64,000 nt of DNA, from the sequence record KJ019146.1, one strand, 5' to 3'. Shown piece after piece: positions 49,351 to 57,969 of the stretch; the stretch's first letter is position 1; the number at the start of each line of letters is the position of its first letter. The notes under the pieces were generated by a model, which saw nothing but the letters and a program-made list of their open reading frames with translations, searched no databases and was not told the origin of the DNA. Made by a program: the position numbers and the translations under genes.

Positions 49351-49899
49351 ATGAACTTCAAGAAACTCCTTCTCTCCACTCTCGCACTTGGTTCAGTTGT
49401 AGCCCCTTCAGCAAACGCTGGTTATACCTATGAGGGTTATCACCTGATGGATGGTTCTGACTTTCCTGGTTATGAGAGAGTGGCAACCCCAATGATTCAG
49501 GCTCTCAATGAAATGGGTGTTCCTGTTGTTGATGGTGGTAAGAATAACGTAGAAATGTGTATCCCTGAAGAGGAAAAGATGACTCTTGGTTTCTACGTTC
49601 CAGCATCCAATGTGATGGTTATCTGTACCAAGTCTATCCCAGGTTGGCTTCAGATGGAGACACTTACCCACGAAACAGTTCACGTTATCCAAGACGCAAG
49701 AGCTGGTATTGATAACGGAGATTTGGGAGAGGCACCAACTGATCACCTTATCACCCTCGCTAATGAGATGGATCCCGATAAGATGAATATCATCTACAGC
49801 CTCTACGATGAGTCTGATTACGCAGTAGAGATTGAAGCTTTCTACTTTGAAACAGAACCCCAGGTGGTTATGAATGAGATCCAACGTTGGGCATTCTGA
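49351..49899 (+). CDS. secreted-type zincin-like metalloprotease
   Basis: Signal peptide; LTHETVHVIQD (HExxH); EIEAF. Confidence 0.7.
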   Translation: MNFKKLLLSTLALGSVVAPSANAGYTYEGYHLMDGSDFPGYERVATPMIQALNEMGVPVVDGGKNNVEMCIPEEEKMTLGFYVPASNVMVICTKSIPGWLQMETLTHETVHVIQDARAGIDNGDLGEAPTDHLITLANEMDPDKMNIIYSLYDESDYAVEIEAFYFETEPQVVMNEIQRWAF

Positions 49900-49941
49900 T
49901 ACACTAAGTAACACTCACCAAACACACTAACCAACAACATC

Positions 49942-50328
49942 ATGGGCACACGTTCACGCATCGGTTATCAACTTCCCACTGGCAATATTGTCTCTGTCTA
50001 TCACCATTGGGATTCATATCCTACGTGGTTGGGTAAGAGACTCACCAAAAACTACATCACTGATAAAACCATCACCGAACTGATTGATGGTGGTGATATG
50101 TCATCTATCGAGAGTAATCGCGACTGGGATCTTAATGAAGTTGCCCCACATGTTCAGTATTATTCACAACGTGGTGACACTGGATGCGAACCTCTCCTTC
50201 ACAAAAACCAAAGAGAGTTTATCAAAACCACTGTAGATTGTTGGGGTGAGTATTCCTACTTATACAGGAATGGGCGTTGGTTCTGTTATGATGAGAAGGG
50301 TAAGTCTGTTTCACTGAAGAACTTATGA
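49942..50328 (+). CDS. conserved phage hypothetical protein
   Basis: MGTRSRIG..VYHHWDSYP.WLG..EYSYLY. Confidence 0.7.
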   Translation: MGTRSRIGYQLPTGNIVSVYHHWDSYPTWLGKRLTKNYITDKTITELIDGGDMSSIESNRDWDLNEVAPHVQYYSQRGDTGCEPLLHKNQREFIKTTVDCWGEYSYLYRNGRWFCYDEKGKSVSLKNL

Positions 50329-50660
50329 TTAGCAAACTGTTCTCACTATCTCTTGTTCTTGCGGGTTCTATCTTACCCGCACAGGCATACCCCAATATCG
50401 TATATTGGGAACGCATTGATTGTAACCTCATCACCGAAACTATCCAGAAGTGTGATAGGTACAATGGGCAGAATGGAGTTTTCATCGAATCATACTACCT
50501 GGACATATACACAAACGAACATAGCTTTGTAGATCCACGAGGACCTGAAATAGTTGTACCTGATGTGATAGAAGAAGAGACACTAGATGATATCCAACCT
50601 GATGTAGAATACAACGAACCGATAACAACAACAGACCCACTCCTGAATGATAGTTACTGA
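50325..50660 (+). CDS. hypothetical secreted-type protein
   Basis: Signal peptide ending AQA. Confidence 0.55.
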   Translation: MISKLFSLSLVLAGSILPAQAYPNIVYWERIDCNLITETIQKCDRYNGQNGVFIESYYLDIYTNEHSFVDPRGPEIVVPDVIEEETLDDIQPDVEYNEPITTTDPLLNDSY

Positions 50661-50710
50661 TTTTTCCATATTCCTGTCGGCAACCACCTCCTACCATACC
50701 CCCTGCCAAA

Positions 50711-50841
50711 CCGATATGGATTTTTCACCCTTTCCGTCTAGTGGCTCACTGGGTTCTCAGTGGGACCAAAATGAGAATCCACCCCCATACCCCCAGACGG
50801 AACAAAACTCATAACCATGTGACAGTTGGACTAGTGGCACA
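50711..50841 (+). repeat. second non-coding repeat, copy B
   Basis: CCGATATGGATTTTT..GTCTAGTG..ACTGGGTTCTCAG; palindrome with spacer TGGACT 107 nt after start. Confidence 0.85.
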
Positions 50842-50898
50842 CGCTTTCCCGCAAACCCCTCAGGGGCTGCTATACTAAACCCATACACAACAAAACCA

Positions 50899-51255
50899 AT
50901 GATCTACTCTATCACCCATCAGGAGACTGGCATTACGTATTCAGTTAGCACTGAAGATATTCGTAAAGTTGCTAACATCCTCCCAATGAACTCTGAGGAG
51001 TTGGCTGACATGATGACAGGTCTGAATTGTGACTCATATGCAGATATGGCAGAAGAGTATATTGAAGAAGTTGCGGATATGTATGATGATGTGGCACTGG
51101 CAACTGATAAGTTTATGAGTAGCACTGATGAAAGGGCACAAACAACGTTCGCCTACTATCGTATCATGAACTGTGATAACTCTGATGAAGTATGTGAGCA
51201 GTATTGGCGTGATGACGCTATGGCTATGATCACTGACTACAATGATCGCAAATGA
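50899..51255 (+). CDS. acidic hypothetical protein
   Basis: Cassette-driven, D/E-rich. Confidence 0.65.
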   Translation: MIYSITHQETGITYSVSTEDIRKVANILPMNSEELADMMTGLNCDSYADMAEEYIEEVADMYDDVALATDKFMSSTDERAQTTFAYYRIMNCDNSDEVCEQYWRDDAMAMITDYNDRK

Positions 51256-51563
51256 AACGCTACGGACTTTATTGGCTGAGAGCTATCACCCTAGGTGCTG
51301 GTCTAAACTTTGTTCTGACTGGTTATCTCATGGGTCACCAAAAGTGGAAGTTTCAACATGCAGCTCCACTCTCAGCGTTTATCTGTGTGAATCTATCGTA
51401 TGTGGCGGATCGTCTTATCTTTGGTGATAAGAAGGAACCTGAAGATTTAGATCCAGATACTATTGTTATATCAACCCCACATTGTTGCCCCGTATGTTCA
51501 GAGTATCCTTGCACTTGTGACAGTTGGGAAAGTGGCACAAGCCCCCTAGGCAACACCCTCTGA
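51252..51563 (+). CDS. hypothetical two-helix membrane protein
   Basis: Two hydrophobic segments; reads through the 51516 palindrome. Confidence 0.55.
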   Translation: MKRYGLYWLRAITLGAGLNFVLTGYLMGHQKWKFQHAAPLSAFICVNLSYVADRLIFGDKKEPEDLDPDTIVISTPHCCPVCSEYPCTCDSWESGTSPLGNTL

Positions 51564-51599
51564 ACCTGCTATACTAAACACATACCAAAGGAACCAACC

Positions 51600-51797
51600 A
51601 TGAAAGTCTCTCAGGAAGTTTTCAAGAGTTACATTCAGATACTGGATGAAAACACACAAACATCATGGGATATCCTAAATGTTTTGAATGATATTGTTAG
51701 AGGCGACTGGGATAACTCAGTCCAGTATTGTTTGGAAAATCCATCAGGCGACCCTATGGATGATTTCAACTACGCAGGCAGTCGCCACCACTATTGA
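51600..51797 (+). CDS. hypothetical protein
   Basis: Ends DDFNYAGSRHHY. Confidence 0.65.
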   Translation: MKVSQEVFKSYIQILDENTQTSWDILNVLNDIVRGDWDNSVQYCLENPSGDPMDDFNYAGSRHHY

Positions 51798-51826
51798 TCA
51801 CTAACTCACCACACTAACTAACAACT

Positions 51827-52108
51827 ATGACACGCACTCCAATGACAGTCACCCTCAAGCGTAGCGACTGGGAATGTTACACAGACACCCCCGATACTAT
51901 CATCGAAACTATCAACTCATACTTCTCTTATGTGTTATCAACTAAAGATAACGCGTTTGATGCACAGTCTGAGATATTCAAGTTTCTGAATATGTTTAGT
52001 GAGTTTGGGTTTATGGATAGTGAGTGCCTAGAATGTGCAACTAGAGTTATCAATCGTTACTTTGATTCATATCTCTCCCGATGGAGCCAGACAGGTGTGA
52101 CAGTCTAA
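51827..52108 (+). CDS. hypothetical protein
   Basis: EFGFMDSEC; ends VTV* in the 52096 palindrome. Confidence 0.65.
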   Translation: MTRTPMTVTLKRSDWECYTDTPDTIIETINSYFSYVLSTKDNAFDAQSEIFKFLNMFSEFGFMDSECLECATRVINRYFDSYLSRWSQTGVTV

Positions 52109-52180
52109 GAAGTGGCACACGCTTCTCCGCAAACCCCTCTGGGTCTGCTATACTATATTCATACCAAAGGGATACGACCC

Positions 52181-52660
52181 ATGACCACCACAACCCCAAC
52201 TTCAGTCACCGTGGGTAAAGGATACTTCTCAACCGCTGAAGCCTACGTCTGGCAGGGTGATGTGGATGATATGGGTAACGAAGTAAACTATGATAATCTT
52301 AGAGAGGATTATGGTGATGTAGTTCATGACATCCTGAACACTGAAGAGTGTGGTGAGTATGTTCAACCCCATGATGAGTTCCCTTATGAGACCCGCACAT
52401 TTGAAGAGTGGGTTATTGAAGAGTTTGGTCCTATGAGCCAAACTAAACCCATCCTGATTAAGAGCTGGGTTCGGAGATACGCAACTCTGATCACTGATGA
52501 TAACTGGGAAACCTACTATTCTGATGATTATGGCAGTGGTGATTGGGGCGCCGATGAAACCCTCATCTACAAAGGTGTGATCATCCCACAGAGCAAGCGT
52601 GAAGAGTTGGCTAACAAGGTAGAATTTCCTCACCCATATGTTGGTGAGTGTGACAGCTGA
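52181..52660 (+). CDS. acidic hypothetical protein
   Basis: Single-gene cassette; ends CDS* in the 52649 palindrome. Confidence 0.65.
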   Translation: MTTTTPTSVTVGKGYFSTAEAYVWQGDVDDMGNEVNYDNLREDYGDVVHDILNTEECGEYVQPHDEFPYETRTFEEWVIEEFGPMSQTKPILIKSWVRRYATLITDDNWETYYSDDYGSGDWGADETLIYKGVIIPQSKREELANKVEFPHPYVGECDS

Positions 52661-52733
52661 AGAAGTGGCACAAGCCCCCTAGGCAAGAGCCCTCGGGTCT
52701 GCTATACTATATTCATACCAAAGGGAACCACCC

Positions 52734-52967
52734 ATGTTGATCTTCAATCAGGAAACCGCATACGAAAACCTACGATCCTATCTTGTTGAACAGTGGGAAT
52801 TGTTAGATGAGGATGAGCGTCCTGAGGGGGATGTGAATGATTATGTTATTGATAGGTTGGATGATGTAGCAGAAGAACTTTGGAATGAAAGGGGAGAGGA
52901 TGTTCCTTCTATAGATGATTTGACATATTCGTGTGGTGTATTGTTAGGTCATATTGATGAAGTGTGA
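52734..52967 (+). CDS. very acidic small protein
   Basis: About 23 D/E vs 4 R and no K in 77 aa (hand count); stop in the 52963 palindrome. Confidence 0.65.
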   Translation: MLIFNQETAYENLRSYLVEQWELLDEDERPEGDVNDYVIDRLDDVAEELWNERGEDVPSIDDLTYSCGVLLGHIDEV

Positions 52968-53045
52968 CAGTTGAGGAAGTGGCACACGCTTCCCCCAAAA
53001 CCCCTCAGGGGGTGCTATACTATATTCATACCAAACAAAGAAACC

Positions 53046-53312
53046 ATGTTTCCACACCTCCACATCTCTGAATCCAACCTCGGACCTCACACCTCCACGT
53101 TTTTCAAAGTATCATCACAACCACAAGATGAGTGGCAGAATGGCATTTTCCATAACTCACCTTATGGTATCTTTCACCTTCATTCTGAGAAAGGTGTTTA
53201 TAAGTTGGAACTATCTTCCTCAGGTTTGAATACACCTAAGTTCAGAAAGTGTAAGTGTGAAGATGAACTTACCGCACTCACTAAGATTCGTCAGTGGATG
53301 GATAAGTTCTGA
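53046..53312 (+). CDS. conserved phage hypothetical protein
   Basis: STFFKVS..W.NGIFHNSPY.IF. Confidence 0.65.
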   Translation: MFPHLHISESNLGPHTSTFFKVSSQPQDEWQNGIFHNSPYGIFHLHSEKGVYKLELSSSGLNTPKFRKCKCEDELTALTKIRQWMDKF

Positions 53313-53347
53313 TATTATCTAACACAAACCACTCACAACAAACTATC

Positions 53348-53521
53348 ATGAACCGACTAGAACTACTGACCCAACGTGAACAACTGATGGAGAGGATTGA
53401 CTCTATCTGTGATGAATTCTTTTATAAGAACTATAATGGAGACACATCAGAAGCAGATGAATTAGTTCGTATTCTATGTGATGCTGTTTGTGAAACCATA
53501 GACCCAGCGGGCATGGTGTGA
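53348..53521 (+). CDS. small hypothetical protein (57 aa, not in ORF track)
   Basis: EQLMERID..LVRILCDAVC; stop in the 53517 palindrome. Confidence 0.6.
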   Translation: MNRLELLTQREQLMERIDSICDEFFYKNYNGDTSEADELVRILCDAVCETIDPAGMV

Positions 53522-53601
53522 CAGTTGGAGAAGTGGCACAAGCCCCCTAGGCAAACCCCTCTATACCTGCTATACTATATTCATACCAAAGGAAACCGAC
53601 C

Positions 53602-53865
53602 ATGTTCCAAGTCTGTACCGAAGACGCTCTAGATCACCGTTATACAATTGATGAGTTTGAGACTCTGGAAGAAGCCCAAGCTTGTTATAACGAGTGTGTG
53701 AAGGTTGGAGCTGAGGGTTATGAACTCTCGGTTGAGTTAGAGGAAATCATTGGCGATCATGATGATTACGTTTCCATCGAGTTCACCGAGTGGTTTACAC
53801 AAGAGAGTTGGGAGGAAGCTCATCCCTGGAATGAGAAGGAAGGAGTATGGGAAAACATAGACTGA
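53602..53865 (+). CDS. very acidic small protein
   Basis: About 26 D/E vs 3 K/R in 87 aa (hand count); single-gene cassette. Confidence 0.65.
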   Translation: MFQVCTEDALDHRYTIDEFETLEEAQACYNECVKVGAEGYELSVELEEIIGDHDDYVSIEFTEWFTQESWEEAHPWNEKEGVWENID

Positions 53866-53954
53866 TGTGACAGTTGGAGAAGTGGCACAAGCCCCCTAGG
53901 CAAGAGCCCCCATACCTGCTATACTAAACACATACCAAACAAAGGGAACAACCC

Positions 53955-54179
53955 ATGACCACCTACAACTACTTCGTCACTACTGATACTGATGACTTCA
54001 CCGATGATAATGGTGACTTCCAAGTATCACTGATGACCCAGAAGGTCTCTTCTACCACCCCTCTCACTGATGAGGACGCCTATGATGTCGCTTGTGACTC
54101 TGGTGACTGGAAGGTATATTATGGCGAAGGCGAAGAAGCGAAGGTTGGTACCTATGAGGTAGAAACCATCGCCAGTTGA
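53955..54179 (+). CDS. acidic small protein
   Basis: About 17 D/E vs 3 K in 74 aa (hand count); stop in the 54168 site. Confidence 0.65.
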   Translation: MTTYNYFVTTDTDDFTDDNGDFQVSLMTQKVSSTTPLTDEDAYDVACDSGDWKVYYGEGEEAKVGTYEVETIAS

Positions 54180-54254
54180 ACAACCGGCACACTAGGGGGC
54201 GACAACGCCCTCTAAACCTGTTATACTACATTCATACCAAACAAAGGAAACCAC

Positions 54255-54596
54255 ATGACCACCACCCAAACCAAAACCGAGTTCCTCACCGAGGCAATGA
54301 TCGAACAGGTGAACAACCTCTGGAAGGTTTATAACGTGGAGTCAGGTCACACCATCACCCCACTTCTTAAGTATGAAGTGGCTAAGAAGTACATCAAGGT
54401 CTATCGTTTAGACGTTGTGAATGGTGAGATTCGTGACGGTCGTTCAGTGTTTATGTTTATCGATAAGGAGACTGGGGCGGTATACAAGCCAGCCAGTTGG
54501 AGAGCACCCGCTAAGGGCATCCGGTTCTGGGTCGAGCAACTGGCTCAGTATCCTGGGCTCGTGGATCAGTATGGTAGTTTCCTCTACCGTCGCTGA
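54255..54596 (+). CDS. conserved phage hypothetical protein
   Basis: KKYIKV..SVFMFIDKETGAVYKPASWRAPAKGIR. Confidence 0.7.
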   Translation: MTTTQTKTEFLTEAMIEQVNNLWKVYNVESGHTITPLLKYEVAKKYIKVYRLDVVNGEIRDGRSVFMFIDKETGAVYKPASWRAPAKGIRFWVEQLAQYPGLVDQYGSFLYRR

Positions 54597-54678
54597 TGTG
54601 ACAGTCACCAAAGTGGCACAGGGGGGCTAGGCAGCTCCCCTTCTTTATGCTATACTATATTCATACCAAAGGAACCAG

Positions 54679-55932
54679 ATGGCTCTCACTCTCCGCCCCC
54701 ACCAACTAGAAGCACTTCAGGTGATGGCTGAGACTCGTCTTGGCCAGATATTAGTTCCGACTGGTGGCGGCAAGACTCTTATCGCTATCATGGACGTTGT
54801 GAGGACTCTAGAGAACGCAGGAACCCCTCAGACTATCGTTGTGGTGGCACCTAGGATATTGTTAGCCCAGCAACTCTGTAGTGAGTATATGGAGGTTCTG
54901 AGTGATAGGTTCGCCAACGTTATCCCCGCCCATATTCACTCAGGTCACACACCTCACTTCTCTACCACTAACATTCAGAAGATCCATCTTTTCGAGAAGA
55001 TGATGGATAACGCCAACCTCCACCGCATATATTTCACCACATACAACTCACTTCCACGTTTAGCAGAAGCAGGTGTGAGTGTAGATACTATTATGTTTGA
55101 TGAGGCACATAACTCTACTCGTAATGACTTCTATCCCGCTACCAAGTATTTCTCACAGACCGCTAGTCGTTGTTACTATTTCACCGCTACCCCAAAGCAC
55201 TCTCTAACATCCAAGAGACACGGAATGAACGAGTCTGATGTATATGGACAGGTTATCTACAATGTTCCTGCCCCTACACTTGTTCAGGGTGGGTTTATCA
55301 TCCCCCCACAGGTTCGTGTTAAAGAGATGGAGTTCGTAGCTAAACATGAGCTCATCTCACAACGTGATACAAACCACCTCATCTCTTGTATTGATGGCAA
55401 CCACACGAGCAAAGTTCTAGTTTGTGCTAAGTCAGTTAAACAGATCATGCGTATGTTTAGTGAGACCGATATCAGCCAACAACTTGATGATCGTGGTTTC
55501 TCCTATATGTACATCTCAGCTAAGACTGGTGGTGTTATCAATGGTAAGAAAGTATCACGCACTATGTTCTTCGATACTCTAAACCAGTGGGGTAAGGATA
55601 ACAACAAGAAGTTCATTGTTCTTCATCATTCTATTCTCTCTGAGGGTATCAATGTGAGTGGTTTAGAGTCAGCTATCTTTCTTCGTACTATGGATCATAT
55701 CACTATCTCCCAAACGATTGGACGTGTGATTCGACTTCACAAAGATGACGCCCAAGGTATGAGAGATGGTTCGATTCGCCCTGGTGATCTTAACTCCTAT
55801 ACTAAGTCCTTTGGTTTGTGTATTGTACCAGTTTATTCGAAGACACAACAAACAGTTGCTAAGTCTCTTCAGGCAGTTGTTAATACCGTCTTTGTTGAAG
55901 GTGAAGCAGCAACCACAGTTGTGAGGCGTTAG
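54679..55932 (+). CDS. stand-alone SF2 (DEAH, ResIII-like) helicase
   Basis: LRPHQ, PTGGGKT, FDEAH, TATP, LSEGINV, QTIGRVIR. Confidence 0.9.
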   Translation: MALTLRPHQLEALQVMAETRLGQILVPTGGGKTLIAIMDVVRTLENAGTPQTIVVVAPRILLAQQLCSEYMEVLSDRFANVIPAHIHSGHTPHFSTTNIQKIHLFEKMMDNANLHRIYFTTYNSLPRLAEAGVSVDTIMFDEAHNSTRNDFYPATKYFSQTASRCYYFTATPKHSLTSKRHGMNESDVYGQVIYNVPAPTLVQGGFIIPPQVRVKEMEFVAKHELISQRDTNHLISCIDGNHTSKVLVCAKSVKQIMRMFSETDISQQLDDRGFSYMYISAKTGGVINGKKVSRTMFFDTLNQWGKDNNKKFIVLHHSILSEGINVSGLESAIFLRTMDHITISQTIGRVIRLHKDDAQGMRDGSIRPGDLNSYTKSFGLCIVPVYSKTQQTVAKSLQAVVNTVFVEGEAATTVVRR

Positions 55933-55933
55933 T

Positions 55934-56062
55934 ATGAATTATCAAAACCAAGCTCTTGTGATACTTCTAGGTCTAATGATTATAGCTGGTATTAACGTAC
56001 TTCACTATGAACAACAATGGCAATGTAGGATGCATCAAACCTATTGTTTTGTTTCTGAATAA
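55934..56062 (+). CDS. possible small membrane peptide (42 aa)
   Basis: ALVILLGLMIIAGINVL; overlaps the convergent endonuclease 3' end. Confidence 0.35.
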   Translation: MNYQNQALVILLGLMIIAGINVLHYEQQWQCRMHQTYCFVSE

Positions 56063-56751
56063 TACCATAGGTAACCTTTCCAACGCGAACCCCATTTGAT
56101 AGAAGTACATATACCCTTGCCACGATCCTCTTCATTAAAGGATCTCATCGCATCACTAATAGAGTCAAAGACGGGAGTAACATGACCAGTCTTATGAACT
56201 CCATAGACTTGTTTCTTATTCTTAGCGTGTTTATGAATCCACCATTTGTAACCATATGCCGAACCCTCTCTTGTGATACTTCTCCTGATATTTGATGGCC
56301 TACCATTCACAAACTCAGCGGCAGCAACCCAACCATGAAAGGTCTTTATCTTACCCGTTTCCAAGCACCTACATTTGATCACGTTCTTATCATGTTTCTT
56401 AGGTTTCTTCTTTCGTTGATAACCCCAACGCCTATCCCCTTTATGATATGACTCTTTATTATTCAGCTTCCTACCAGTATGTTCTAACACCAAATTGTTA
56501 TACTCAGGGTTATACTTATTCATCCAATATTCCACTCTCTCTTTAACCTTATTCTCATTCACTTCTTCTAGTATACGTATAGTGAAGTCATCGGAGTTAT
56601 AGTAAGATAAGGCATTACTCAGTGGAGTATTTTCCTCCTTATGATTTTCCAATATACGAGCCCAAACTTTATTCAGGGGAAGCGTATCATAACCGATGTA
56701 TTTGTGAGAGGTTTGTCTATTCAAGATGATGTAGATGTTTGTGATGCTCAC
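56041..56751 (-). mobile_element. free-standing GIY-YIG homing endonuclease with NUMOD1-like HTH repeats
   Basis: NIYIILN..HKYIG.., P.YN; two modules TFHGWVAAAEFV and VFDSISDAMRSF each followed by GY.W. Confidence 0.75.
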
Positions 56752-57217
56752 GGAAGATACTCTCTATTCTGATTGTATATATAAACATTATCATTTTTTA
56801 TCACATATCGTTGTTCATCTCCCTATTGGATGTTATAATAGAAAGGAAGAGATAAACGTATATAACCAATGGAATCACCTAGGTAAGGATGAATAGAATA
56901 ACCAATAGATTAACCTAGTAAGAAGTTATCTAATAGAAGGTAATCGTATAGGGGAAGGTGAATAGAAAGCCCTATAGAAAGCCCCCTATAATAGTATCAT
57001 ATAACGAGGTCTTTACAGCTCACTAAGCTTCTCCTAAACTCCACTGCCCGTTGCTACCTAAGCCCACCCTACCACGGGATTCCATTTTTGCCAAGGGATC
57101 TCCGAAAAACTTAATATTTCCCCTCCCCATGTGCCAATACCCAAACTGGCACACAAAAGCCCGCAAACCCCCCGAAATGGCATATACTATATTCATACCA
57201 AACAAAGGGAACAACCC

Positions 57218-57451
57218 ATGGAATTCATCCAAACTGACTACCCCGCTAACATGGCCCCCAACGTTATGGAAAGGAACTATGGTCGGGGTATCATCCTGAC
57301 TCAGGTCGATGAGGATGGTGTCATCCCATTCTCAGTATTCAATTTCAAAAAAGAGGATTGGAACTGGGGAGCTGACTACTACATGACCGAGCATAACTTC
57401 TATACACTAGAAGAGGCAGAGGCGGTAGTGACTCAGCTCGTAGCCAGCTGA
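57218..57451 (+). CDS. hypothetical protein
   Basis: ATG after cassette leader; stop in the 57440 site. Confidence 0.65.
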   Translation: MEFIQTDYPANMAPNVMERNYGRGIILTQVDEDGVIPFSVFNFKKEDWNWGADYYMTEHNFYTLEEAEAVVTQLVAS

Positions 57452-57524
57452 ACCACTGGCACATGGGGGCTAGGCACAGCCCCCTCTATACCCTATACTA
57501 TATTCATACACAAGGGAACACCCC

Positions 57525-57680
57525 ATGACCAAAGCAACTCAGAGACCTTCCACCCAGAGCCGTTACACCAGTCAGGTAGCCATGGATCGTAAGGCAGCTG
57601 CAGCCCAGAGGGCAGAGGAGCGTCGCCTCACTGGTCGGACCACAGAGGAGAGGATCAATGACCTCTATGTGACACTCTGA
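57525..57680 (+). CDS. small hypothetical protein (51 aa, not in ORF track)
   Basis: Single-gene cassette ending VTL* in the 57668 palindrome. Confidence 0.6.
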   Translation: MTKATQRPSTQSRYTSQVAMDRKAAAAQRAEERRLTGRTTEERINDLYVTL

Positions 57681-57753
57681 GAACTGGCACAAACCCCCTT
57701 GACCGGGGACCAGTTTTACCCTATACTATATTCATACCAAACAAACCAAGACC

Positions 57754-57969
57754 ATGACCAACCTTCAGAACTTAGACCAGATTCTCTCTACACTCCCCGC
57801 TGGTGTTACCCCCTCCATCAAAGTTCTTAAGACCCGCGGACCCCGTAAGGGTGAGTTGGTTTGTGAGCGTGTGGGTGGAGCTAAAACAGCCTGGAGACCC
57901 TCTGTAAAGGCAGGTCACGCTAGCCGCCGTCAGATCAAAGGGAACACCCCACAGGCTGTGACACTCTGA
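57754..57969 (+). CDS. small basic hypothetical protein
   Basis: IKVLKTRGPRK; ends VTL* in the 57957 palindrome. Confidence 0.65.
   Translation: MTNLQNLDQILSTLPAGVTPSIKVLKTRGPRKGELVCERVGGAKTAWRPSVKAGHASRRQIKGNTPQAVTL

Noticed and set aside
32515-57217. Track ORF N-termini such as MAQGG (32515), MCYT (36328, also 31968), MRKWHT (40267, 52971), MGKWHT (42653), MAPPP (49297), MAHAS (52112), MPIPK (57131)
   Set aside because: These are in-frame extensions starting inside the repeat; the real ATG follows the leader/RBS
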